Source: Candidatus Heimdallarchaeota archaeon
Lineage (GTDB): Archaea > Asgardarchaeota > Heimdallarchaeia > Hodarchaeales > Hodarchaeaceae
Assembly (NCBI GenBank): GCA_011364965.1
Contig: RDOB01000008.1
Coordinates: 1 to 55,349, forward strand
Reading direction: 5' to 3'
Length of the DNA stretch: 55,349 nucleotides
The number at the start of each line of letters is the position of its first letter. Within the stretch, counting starts at the first letter, position 1. A model generated the notes under the pieces. The model saw only the letters and a list, made by a program, of their open reading frames with translations, was not told the origin of the DNA and ran no database searches. This document shows, piece after piece, positions 1-8,621 of this stretch. Position numbers and translations under genes: made by a program.

Positions 1-2
1 AT

Positions 3-98
3 TCCTTCTCACTTCGTGGCATTGGGCGATTTTTCAAGGATGTAATGCGTTTTCGAGGAGGTGATACGAAGAACTGCATAATTTGGAGACGAAACTAA
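3..98 (+). CDS. 3' end of a hypothetical ORF truncated by the window edge
   Basis: Open frame from the window edge (SFSLRGIGRFFKDVMRFRGGDTKNCIIWRRN*), TAA at 96-98, one base before the next ATG. Confidence 0.35.
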   Translation, partial: SFSLRGIGRFFKDVMRFRGGDTKNCIIWRRN

Positions 99-99
99 A

Positions 100-249
100 A
101 TGCAAGTAGTAGAAAAAAAAGTAGATAGAAAGGAAGAATCGTTAAAAAAGAATCCCGCAATCGTAAAAAAGCTAGAACACCAATTGGAAGAGAATATTAA
201 TCTGCTTAAGCTTGTGAGGGAAATTATTATTGCTGAAGACAGAGCTTAG
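100..249 (+). CDS. Small 49-aa helical/coiled-coil hypothetical protein (not in the ORF track)
   Basis: ATG at 100 with GGAG just upstream; MQVVEKKVDRKEESLKKNPAIVKKLEHQLEENINLLKLVREIIIAEDRA*; overlaps the integrase start. Confidence 0.5.
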   Translation: MQVVEKKVDRKEESLKKNPAIVKKLEHQLEENINLLKLVREIIIAEDRA

Positions 250-1219
250 AACTCACATTGAAGCTTATCTAGCTGAAGGAGATTACTCTCAATCTTCCCA
301 ATATACACGAAGATATTTATTACTCAGATTCATAGATCATGAGTTTTCTTTGGAAAAAGACTCAGTTATTCTGAAAAATTTATTCCTGGAGAAGTTCAAC
401 TATCTCCAAGGAGCTTCCTTTAACTTTGCGAGAGCCACAATTAAGACCTTTTTTGATTATTTAATTCAAAATAGGCTTTATTTAGATGAAAATCCGATTT
501 TATTGGTTAAAGTGAAAAAACGAGCGAAAAAAACCGTAGATCCATTTACTTCTCAAGAAATTGAAGCCATTCTAAATCGATCCCCTCGGTCTGATAGATT
601 TATGTATGAGCTCTTTTTGAATACTGGAGTTAGACTTGATGAATTAACCAATCTGAAGTTTAAAGACTTTAACTCGGAAAGAAAGGTTCTTCATGTTCGA
701 GCTCGAAGCTTGGGAGGAGGAGCGAAAGGAGATAAGAGTAGAGATATTCCTCTTCCTGATCTATTATTGAAAAAATATGAGGCTTACCTAGCAGATTATC
801 GTTTAAAGAAATTTAGCGCTTTAAATTATGTATTTGTGAATCATGGAGGGAATAAACTTCCTAATTCAACGATTCAAAGCAGATTAAAAAGACTCACTAA
901 AAAATTAGGCTTTCGAATTCACGCGCATAAATTTAGAGCCACTTATGCAACTAATCTTCATAAATCGGGAGTTTCTATCTATACTATCTCCCTACTTATG
1001 GGACACGAAAAGATAGAGGCTACAATTCGCTATATCGCAGTCTCAGAGGAAGAAAAACGAATCGCTCAACGGAAAGGAACCTATCTTGGAAAGAAAACTG
1101 AAGAAACAAGAGAATTAGAACGAATAAATCGGGAAAAGGAAGACTTGGAGAATCAGATTAACGAATTACTCCGATTAAATCAAAAATTGTTAGAACGAGT
1201 GAGGAGGTTAGACCTGTGA
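230..1219 (+). CDS. Tyrosine recombinase/integrase (XerC/D-like) with C-terminal coiled coil
   Basis: Complete catalytic set: TGVRLDEL (R), KGDKSR (K), HKFR (HxxR), LMGH (H), TIRY (Y). Confidence 0.93.
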   Translation: MLKTELRTHIEAYLAEGDYSQSSQYTRRYLLLRFIDHEFSLEKDSVILKNLFLEKFNYLQGASFNFARATIKTFFDYLIQNRLYLDENPILLVKVKKRAKKTVDPFTSQEIEAILNRSPRSDRFMYELFLNTGVRLDELTNLKFKDFNSERKVLHVRARSLGGGAKGDKSRDIPLPDLLLKKYEAYLADYRLKKFSALNYVFVNHGGNKLPNSTIQSRLKRLTKKLGFRIHAHKFRATYATNLHKSGVSIYTISLLMGHEKIEATIRYIAVSEEEKRIAQRKGTYLGKKTEETRELERINREKEDLENQINELLRLNQKLLERVRRLDL

Positions 1220-1342
1220 ACTCCATTTTACTATATTATTATTCTCGCTTAAAAGGAATTTTCGAATATTACTTCTATATTATTGTTCCTTAATTTTAGG
1301 TTTCTGGTATTTTATTCAACAGCTCTTAAAGGAGATTAGACT

Positions 1343-1873
1343 ATGTCTACTCACGATATAGCAACAAAACTTATTCTAATTGGTGATGGAGCAGTAGGAA
1401 AAACATCCCTGTGTGCCCATCTTCGAACTCAGAAGATTTCAGGTAAATATGATTTGACTGTTGGTTTAAATATTGAAGTCTTTGAAACCTACCTTCGAGA
1501 GTTGAGTTCTACTGTGAAGCTAGTTTTATGGGATCTAGCGGGCCAAGAACGATTTGGATGCATTCGTAGTGAATTTTATAATGGAGCAAGAGTCGCTTTA
1601 ATCGTCTTCGATCTTCAAAACCGCGGTTCATTCTTCGATGTACGACATTGGATCCGAGAATTAAAAAGTTATGCCCCTCTAACACCATTCATATTGGTAG
1701 GAAATAAAACAGATGTTAATCTACGTGAAGTATCAAAAGATGAAGCATTTGCTCTTGCAAGTGAGTATCGTGCTCCTTATATAGAAACAAGCGCCCTTCA
1801 TGGACAGAATGTTAATGAAGTTTTTCAATTAGCCACTAGAATTGCATTAAAAGGAACAGCAGTAGCTTATTAA
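1343..1873 (+). CDS. Rab-like small GTPase (Ras superfamily)
   Basis: G1 GDGAVGKT, G2 T, G3 WDLAGQERF, G4 NKTD, G5 ETSA; RabF-like KLVLWD, FYNGA, LIVFDL. Confidence 0.95.
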   Translation: MSTHDIATKLILIGDGAVGKTSLCAHLRTQKISGKYDLTVGLNIEVFETYLRELSSTVKLVLWDLAGQERFGCIRSEFYNGARVALIVFDLQNRGSFFDVRHWIRELKSYAPLTPFILVGNKTDVNLREVSKDEAFALASEYRAPYIETSALHGQNVNEVFQLATRIALKGTAVAY

Positions 1874-2109
1874 CTTTCTTTAAGGAACATTATTCTCATT
1901 TACATATTTTAAGGATTAGATTGGCATTCACTATGATTCTAAGTGATAGAAGCCTTGGTGAGTATTTATTTTTACTAGTACAATGTTTCTCGAAACGTTC
2001 TAAAATCTAAGTCAGAGTGGGTTCTATCGTCATATTTTGAGCATTAAGAGAATTTTATTCCTTTCAGGCTTCGGTACACTAAAAAGTACTGCAATCAGGT
2101 GAACATTGA

Positions 2110-2730
2110 ATGAAAAAAGTAAATAGATCACAATGGAAATACTTCCTATTTTTAGCGATAGGTTTACTCCTTATTACTACACCTATTGCACAAATTAATG
2201 CTGCTCCACCAGTTCAAGCCTACCAAGTTGCATCACCTCTAACTGTATATCAAGGAGACCAGCTTAATGCAAGTTTATCCATAACACAGGTCTATTTTGA
2301 AGAAATTTATAATGTAACGATTAATACTGCAATTTTAAAAGAGGTTAAATTCTTATTTAGTAATATACCTGCATTAGATGCAGACATTACAAATGAAACA
2401 GACGAGTTTACCTACAACTTCGGAATCTTAGATGTAGATGAGAAAATCCTATTCACTGCAACTTATAATGTGACTTCCTCTGATACAAAAGAAGTTTTTC
2501 TTCCAAGCTTTAATGTTACTTTTCAATTAAGAAATGGGGAAGAACGCTTTGTTGAAACAAACCTTATTCAAATCTTTCTTAGAGGAGAACGAGAAACATC
2601 TGAAACGGAATCATTAAAACCCACTCCCTTCTTTAATATTCCTGCAGATCCATTCTTCTCTATAATTGGATTAACATTGCCTTTATTTGCTTTTGCAATT
2701 TCGCTTGCTTTCATGAGACGACTAAGGTAA
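2110..2730 (+). CDS. Type I membrane protein with Ig-like ectodomain, candidate TRAP-beta (SSR2) homolog
   Basis: N-terminal signal peptide, beta-rich domain with NxS/T sequons, C-terminal TM (IIGLTLPLFAFAISLAF) and basic tail. Confidence 0.5.
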   Translation: MKKVNRSQWKYFLFLAIGLLLITTPIAQINAAPPVQAYQVASPLTVYQGDQLNASLSITQVYFEEIYNVTINTAILKEVKFLFSNIPALDADITNETDEFTYNFGILDVDEKILFTATYNVTSSDTKEVFLPSFNVTFQLRNGEERFVETNLIQIFLRGERETSETESLKPTPFFNIPADPFFSIIGLTLPLFAFAISLAFMRRLR

Positions 2731-2929
2731 TTATGAAAACAGCCTAGTTTGGAAATTTTTAATAAAAAATTCTAAGAATTAGAATTACTTTTTCTAGGGG
2801 AATTTTATCCTTGAATCAACATGTTGCCACTTCTAGGTATTTTTCTTGACTCTTGCAGAATAATTTAAAATAATCCAGATAGATGCTTAATGTAGTGAAA
2901 GGATCTTATCTATTCAGGAGAATTCTTTT

Positions 2930-4348
2930 ATGACGGATTCAACGCGATTTGTACATCCATATTTACCTCAAACGGAAGATCAAATAAAAGATATGTTGGC
3001 AAAGATTGGTGTTTCATCAATAGATGAACTATTTAATAGTATTCCGAAGAAATTAAGGTTTTCTGGGGAGTTAAAATTGCCTAAACCTCACACTGAACAT
3101 CAAACGCTTTCAAGAATTAAAGACATATTGCAAAGAAATAAAACAGTTGATGATTACGATTCATTCCTTGGTGGAGGTATCTATCATCACTCCATTCCAT
3201 CTGCACTACCTGCTTTGATCAATAGGTCTGAATTCATTACCTCCTATACACCTTATGCTCCAGAAATGTCCCAAGGAATGCTTCAAGGATTATGGGAATA
3301 TCAATCCATGATCGCTGAACTTACTCAATTAGAGCTAGTCAATTCTTCTATGTATGATATGGCAACAGCCTTGGGAGAAGCTGCGCTAATGTGCACAAGA
3401 GTTACTAAAAAAGAGATTTTTCTTGTACCTTCGTATCTTCAACCAGAAAGATATCAGACTCTGTTGACTTATACAAAAGGTCCCCAGATAAAAGTAAAAT
3501 GCTATCCGTTTGACCCAATAACTGGGCGAGTTAATATCGAAGAACTGATAAAGATTTTTGATACATACAAAGATAATATTTCAGGTATATATATTGAGAA
3601 CCCCAATTTCTTCGGAGTAATCGAAGAAGAGGTTTCAGAAGTAAGCAAAATAGCTCATAATTGCAATGGGCTTTCAGTGGTAGGTATTGACCCCATCTCA
3701 TTGGGAATTCTGCAATCACCAGGATATTATGGAGCGGATATTGCGATTGGTGAAGGCCAAGGTTTAGGTTTACCAATGAACTTTGGTGGACCTTTATTAG
3801 GGCTTTTCGCTACAAAAAATGATAAACGTTTGGCAAGAGCAATTCCGGGAAGAATTATAGGATTAACTACCGAAAAAAATAGTTCCAATAGAGCTTTCAC
3901 AATGACTTTACAAACCCGAGAACAGCATATTAGGAGGGAAAAAGCTACATCGAATATATGTACTAATAATGCTCTCTGCGCCTTAGCATCGAATATTTTT
4001 CTTAGTTTAATTGGACCCAACGGATTAAAAAATATTGCAGAAAGCTCAATGGCCCGTGCAGCATATCTAGCTGAAAAACTGAACGATATTGACGGAATTA
4101 AAGCACCAGTTTTCACTAGCCAATTTTTTAAAGAATTTGTATTCCAAATAACAAAAAGACATCATTCAGATAAGTTTGATGAATATCTAATTAAAAATGG
4201 AATTTTGGGGGGGATTTCACTGACCCCGAACTTTCCATCTTTAGCCAATAGTTACCTCGTCTCTGTTACAGAATTAACAAGTTATACTGCAATAAATAAG
4301 TTTGTCAAAATTCTGAAAGACTATTTAAATGGAAAAGGAGGTAATTAA
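2930..4348 (+). CDS. gcvPA: Glycine dehydrogenase (decarboxylating) subunit 1
   Basis: SFLGGGIY, YTPYAPEMSQG, NSSMYD, LQTREQHIRREKATSNICTN. Confidence 0.97.
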   Translation: MTDSTRFVHPYLPQTEDQIKDMLAKIGVSSIDELFNSIPKKLRFSGELKLPKPHTEHQTLSRIKDILQRNKTVDDYDSFLGGGIYHHSIPSALPALINRSEFITSYTPYAPEMSQGMLQGLWEYQSMIAELTQLELVNSSMYDMATALGEAALMCTRVTKKEIFLVPSYLQPERYQTLLTYTKGPQIKVKCYPFDPITGRVNIEELIKIFDTYKDNISGIYIENPNFFGVIEEEVSEVSKIAHNCNGLSVVGIDPISLGILQSPGYYGADIAIGEGQGLGLPMNFGGPLLGLFATKNDKRLARAIPGRIIGLTTEKNSSNRAFTMTLQTREQHIRREKATSNICTNNALCALASNIFLSLIGPNGLKNIAESSMARAAYLAEKLNDIDGIKAPVFTSQFFKEFVFQITKRHHSDKFDEYLIKNGILGGISLTPNFPSLANSYLVSVTELTSYTAINKFVKILKDYLNGKGGN

Positions 4349-4349
4349 A

Positions 4350-5870
4350 ATGTATAAACAAGCAAATTGGAATAAAGAACTTATTTTTGAGAAATCTAGA
4401 TCAAAAAGAATAGGTTATCAAATAGAAGAACTAACTTCAGAAGACAGAAAACGAGTAGAAAAAGCTCGTACAAATATTTCAAAAACCATTCTAAGAGAAT
4501 CATTACCGAAAATTCCCGAGTTAACTGAACTTGAGGTCATTCGTCACTTCACTAGATTGTCTCAAATGAACTATGGAGTTGATTCTGGTTTTTATCCTCT
4601 CGGTAGTTGCACTATGAAATATAATCCGAAAATTTGTGATGAAGTTGCTTCACTGCCGCAAATACAACACGTACATCCTTATCAACATCCTTCCACCGTT
4701 CAAGGATCACTTCAAATAATGTATGAATTAGCAGAATGGCTTGCGGAATTGTCTGGTATGAGCAAAGTAACATTACAACCCGCAGCAGGAGCTCATGGCG
4801 AATATACTGGAATCATGATTATTCGTGAGTACCATGCAACAAAAGGAAATCTAGATAAAAAAACCGAAATAATTGTCCCTGATAGTGCCCATGGAACTAA
4901 TCCCGCTACAGCCTCGATGTGCGGTTTCAAAATAGTTGTAATTCCTTCACACGAGGATGGTTGCGTAGATTTAAACGCATTACGAGCTGCAGTCTCGGAA
5001 AATACTGCAGGGGTGATGTTGACAAACCCCAGTACACTAGGTATATTTGAACAGAATATTGAAGAAATAATTAGCATTATTCATGCTGTTGATGGATTAG
5101 CCTATTATGATGGAGCAAATTTCAATGCAATCATGGGAAAAGTAAGACCTGGTGATATGGGTTTTGATATTGTGCATTATAATCTCCATAAAACCTTTGC
5201 AACACCACATGGAGGCGGAGGACCTGGTTCGGGCCCAGTAGGAGTTGTAAAGCATTTAGAATCCTATTTACCTGTTCCAACGGTTGGTTACAATCAAGAA
5301 AAAAATCATTATTACTTTGAATATAATCATCCCAATACTATTGGGAAGATAAGAAGTTATTTTGGTAATTTTTCAGTATTAGTTCGTGCTTATGCTTATA
5401 TTCTCAGATTAGGTAATCGAGGATTAGCTGCTGTCTCAGAAATGGCTGTATTAAACGCAAATTATATGAAAAAGCGAAGCCAAGATATCAAAGGATTCTC
5501 TGTTATTTATGGCAAAGATAAACCATGTATGCATGAATATGTACTTTCAGCACGTGATTTATTGAGAGATACTGGGATATCAGGACTGGATGTTTCAAAA
5601 TATCTGATCGACCAAGGATTTCATCCTCCAACAATATATTTTCCATTAATCGTACCTGAAGCATTAATGATAGAACCTACAGAAACAGAAGCAAAAGAGG
5701 TACTTGATGGATTTATCGAGATATTGGAAGAAGTATCTGATATTGCATATTCCGAGGAAAAAAGTAGAATATTGCAAGCTCCAATCAATACTTCTGTGAA
5801 GCGCATTGATGATGTTAAAGCAGCAAGAAATCCAATCTTGAGCTTTAAAATGTTGGAAGAAAAAGAATAG
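4350..5870 (+). CDS. gcvPB: Glycine dehydrogenase (decarboxylating) subunit 2
   Basis: YPLGSCTMKYNPK, QPAAGAHGE, SAHGTNPA, PLP lysine NLHKTF, PHGGGGPG; start moved to ATG 4350 after GGAGG. Confidence 0.97.
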   Translation: MYKQANWNKELIFEKSRSKRIGYQIEELTSEDRKRVEKARTNISKTILRESLPKIPELTELEVIRHFTRLSQMNYGVDSGFYPLGSCTMKYNPKICDEVASLPQIQHVHPYQHPSTVQGSLQIMYELAEWLAELSGMSKVTLQPAAGAHGEYTGIMIIREYHATKGNLDKKTEIIVPDSAHGTNPATASMCGFKIVVIPSHEDGCVDLNALRAAVSENTAGVMLTNPSTLGIFEQNIEEIISIIHAVDGLAYYDGANFNAIMGKVRPGDMGFDIVHYNLHKTFATPHGGGGPGSGPVGVVKHLESYLPVPTVGYNQEKNHYYFEYNHPNTIGKIRSYFGNFSVLVRAYAYILRLGNRGLAAVSEMAVLNANYMKKRSQDIKGFSVIYGKDKPCMHEYVLSARDLLRDTGISGLDVSKYLIDQGFHPPTIYFPLIVPEALMIEPTETEAKEVLDGFIEILEEVSDIAYSEEKSRILQAPINTSVKRIDDVKAARNPILSFKMLEEKE

Positions 5871-5886
5871 TACGTTTTGAGGTTTT

Positions 5887-6537
5887 CTAACTCTCTTTTT
5901 TATTTCCAGAAAGATGGTCTGAAAGGATAATATTAAGAGTTTTAATCAAATCCTTTCTATTCAAAGCTAATGTAATATCTCCACGGGTCTTTTCAGTTAG
6001 ATTTCTAACAAAATCTGTTTTTTTACGTAAATTATAAGTCAATCCATCTGGATAATCAATAGTTACCAATAGAGAATACAGTTCATCCATTAAATCGAAT
6101 GCTGCTAATGTTAACTCGATATCTTTATCCTTTCGTAAAGAATCTAAAACTACACGCCTAAGTTCTCCAGCAAAGTCAGGAATCCCGTGTAAATAAGCAA
6201 GATACGGAACATTTAGGTCTTTATATGAAGGGAATGGTTGTTTCTTTAGAAAAGAGAATAATAGGACTGCTTCGGTATATTCCTGATTCGCGGATAACAC
6301 AGTTCCAAATGGAGTGGGATCTAATTTTTTTGCTAATTGATTCACTCTTGATATTAAATTAAAATTTTCGCGAATTATTCCCTCGGCCTTTTCTAATTCA
6401 TTTCGATGTAAATGACGAATTGCCAGAGAAGAATGCTGAATTGCCTTCCTACTAATGCTTAATAATTCCTCACGCACTTCGTGATCTTTATCTAATTCCT
6501 GACGAATTTCGGTGATATAATCGTTAAAATCATTCAT
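5887..6537 (-). CDS. Archaeal translin/TRAX family nuclease
   Basis: Helical; REELLSISR, QEYTEA, YLHGIPDFAGELRR, LRKKTD match translin-family motifs. Confidence 0.88.
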   Translation of the reverse strand: MNDFNDYITEIRQELDKDHEVREELLSISRKAIQHSSLAIRHLHRNELEKAEGIIRENFNLISRVNQLAKKLDPTPFGTVLSANQEYTEAVLLFSFLKKQPFPSYKDLNVPYLAYLHGIPDFAGELRRVVLDSLRKDKDIELTLAAFDLMDELYSLLVTIDYPDGLTYNLRKKTDFVRNLTEKTRGDITLALNRKDLIKTLNIILSDHLSGNKKES

Positions 6538-6582
6538 TTATACCACATCGGTAAATTTAATGTTATTAAATTAAAATGAAAG

Positions 6583-6667
6583 TGCGGGGGGTGAGATTTG
6601 AACTCACGAACGCCTATGCGACTGGATCCTAAGTCCAGCTCCTTTGACCTGGCTGGGAAACCCCCGC
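6583..6667 (-). tRNA. tRNA-Leu (UAG)
   Basis: Cloverleaf GCGGGGG/CCCCCGC-A; anticodon arm CTGGA-CTTAGGA-TCCAG; long variable arm; TTCAAAT T-loop; CCA not encoded. Confidence 0.96.
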
Positions 6668-6673
6668 AACTAT

Positions 6674-6979
6674 CTACATATTTAATTTGACACCTACAGC
6701 TTGTCGAACAAGATCGGTCAAAGGATCAGTTCCTTCTTTCTTTATTGGAAGCTCGATGATAACTGGAAATAAATTTTTTGCCATAAATTCAGCTATTTGA
6801 TTATGGTAATGCTGAGCGATGTTTGGGCTTATAATAATGATACTGATATCCTCTCGTAACCAAAGGTTCGAAAGAATTTCAAAAGGATCTTGATCTCCAT
6901 CAATAGGATAAACTTCACCAATACCTGCGAGTTTAAGCCAAGTACATGTTTCCATGTCTCCGATTGCAACGATGAAAAT
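6674..6979 (-). CDS. atpF: A/V-type ATP synthase subunit F
   Basis: IFIVAIGDMETCTWLKLAGI...IIII...PVIIELP...LVRQAVGVKL; the conserved N-terminal strand lies upstream of ATG 6955, implying an ATT start at 6979. Confidence 0.85.
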   Translation of the reverse strand: MFIVAIGDMETCTWLKLAGIGEVYPIDGDQDPFEILSNLWLREDISIIIISPNIAQHYHNQIAEFMAKNLFPVIIELPIKKEGTDPLTDLVRQAVGVKLNM

Positions 6980-6991
6980 CCTTTCTCACCA

Positions 6992-7303
6992 CTATTGTAA
7001 GATTGAGTTTACTATAAAATTAATTCCCTTTTCTGTATTTGCTTCTGATTTTTCTTGCAGTTTTAGGATACTCTGCTTTAAATTTTTTTCTAGATCCTTT
7101 AGTTGTTTCTGAAAATCTTTGTCATCATCTAATTGGATTGAATCAATGGTTTCTTCTTCTATATTTTGTGATTCAGCTATTGTTTTCCTAGCAATAGAAC
7201 GCGCATCATCTATAATCCTTCTAGCTTCACTTTGGGCTTCTTCAATAATGGTTTCAGCCTTTTTTTCAGCATTCCTTATGAGATGCAATAAATTACCGGA
7301 CAT
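6992..7303 (-). CDS. A/V-type ATP synthase peripheral stalk subunit H (G-like)
   Basis: IRNAEKKAETIIEEAQSEARRIIDDAR coiled coil, about 103 aa, directly upstream of subunit F. Confidence 0.75.
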   Translation of the reverse strand: MSGNLLHLIRNAEKKAETIIEEAQSEARRIIDDARSIARKTIAESQNIEEETIDSIQLDDDKDFQKQLKDLEKNLKQSILKLQEKSEANTEKGINFIVNSILQ

Positions 7304-7371
7304 TTTCAGCACCTTTTGTGTTTATTCGGATTATGAAGCGGAAAGGGGTTATGAAAGATCAAGAAAACTAG

Positions 7372-7446
7372 TGGGCCGGGACAGATTCGAACTATCGACC
7401 TTCTGGGTGTAAGCCAGACGTCATAACCGGGCTAGACCACCGGCCC
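7372..7446 (-). tRNA. tRNA-Val (UAC)
   Basis: GGGCCGG/CCGGCCC-A; anticodon arm TCTGG-CTTACAC-CCAGA; TTCGAAT T-loop. Confidence 0.96.
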
Positions 7447-7569
7447 TTCAATAGAAAAAGTTCTACGACTGTTTTCCTTGATTTTTCCCCTGATTAACCA
7501 AAGATATAATGATAATTTATAACTTATCTTGGTAATCACCTATACATTGACTAAAACAGGTCGTCTTCC

Positions 7570-8619
7570 ATGGGAACTAAAATCGCTTCTCTAATCATTA
7601 AATCACGTCATGAGATCAGTATCACTGATTTGAGTGAAAAAATCATTGCTTTTGATGCATACAATATTATTTATGCCTTTTTATCAAGTATTAGGAATAA
7701 AGAGAGTGGAGGTGGTTATTTTACTGATGCAGACGGCAACGTTACAAGTCATCTTAATGGTTTATTCTATCGGATGAATAATCTTCTAATTCATGGAATA
7801 AAACCAGTTTTCATTTTCGATGGAGAACCACCATCCTTTAAAGCAGCGGAGATTCAAAGCAGAAGAGATAAAAAGGCAGAAGCTGCAAAAAAACGAGAAG
7901 AAGCCCTTGAAGAAGGGGATTTTGAAGCCGCGATGAAATATGCACAAGCAACTTCACGAATTACTCCCCAAATTGTTCAGGACGCAAAAATACTTCTTAA
8001 TCTATATGGAATCCCAATTATTGATGCTCCGTCAGAAGCAGAAGCTCAAGGATCACACCTCTTACAACAAGGTAAAATATACGCTCTTAATTCTCAGGAT
8101 TATGATTCATTCTTATTTGGAGGAACCCGTATTGTTCGTAATCTTGCTATCAGCCAACGAAGAAAAGTACCTGGCCAAAGTCGGTGGATTGAGGTTTCTC
8201 CTGAATTAATTATCCTAAATGAAATGCTTTGGGAACTGGGGTTAAAGAATCGAGATCAGTTGATCTTACTTGGTTTATTAATAGGCACAGATTACAATCC
8301 AGATGGAATCAAAGGAGTAGGACCTAAAACAGCTTTAAAACTAGTATTGAAATATAAAAATCCAGAAAAGCTATTTGAATATCTAGATGTCAAATTTGGA
8401 TTGGATACTATATTTCCATTCTCCCCTTTCAGTTTATTGGATTATTTTCGGAACCCAAATGTGGAATCAGAACTCTTATTTCAACATCGATCTCCTCAAT
8501 TTCAAAAAATCCAGCAATTTCTTGTAGAAGAACGGGGTTTCAATCGGGACAGAGTAGAGAAGCAATTATTACTTTTCAAAAAGAAATCTGAGCAGAAAAC
8601 CTTAGATAGATTTTTTTAA
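7570..8619 (+). CDS. fen: Flap endonuclease 1
   Basis: TSHLNGLFYR, PVFIFDG, APSEAEAQ, SQDYDS, GTDYNPDGIKGVGPKTA, C-terminal PIP box QKTLDRFF. Confidence 0.97.
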   Translation: MGTKIASLIIKSRHEISITDLSEKIIAFDAYNIIYAFLSSIRNKESGGGYFTDADGNVTSHLNGLFYRMNNLLIHGIKPVFIFDGEPPSFKAAEIQSRRDKKAEAAKKREEALEEGDFEAAMKYAQATSRITPQIVQDAKILLNLYGIPIIDAPSEAEAQGSHLLQQGKIYALNSQDYDSFLFGGTRIVRNLAISQRRKVPGQSRWIEVSPELIILNEMLWELGLKNRDQLILLGLLIGTDYNPDGIKGVGPKTALKLVLKYKNPEKLFEYLDVKFGLDTIFPFSPFSLLDYFRNPNVESELLFQHRSPQFQKIQQFLVEERGFNRDRVEKQLLLFKKKSEQKTLDRFF

Positions 8620-8621
8620 CC

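Noticed and set aside
6986-6994. Selenocysteine or stop readthrough fusing ATPase H and F, which are in the same frame
   Set aside because: It would need readthrough of both TAG and TGA, no SECIS-like hairpin was seen, and an SD plus ATT start is simpler
7119-7412. 97-aa plus-strand ORF
   Set aside because: Antisense to ATPase subunit H and runs into tRNA-Val
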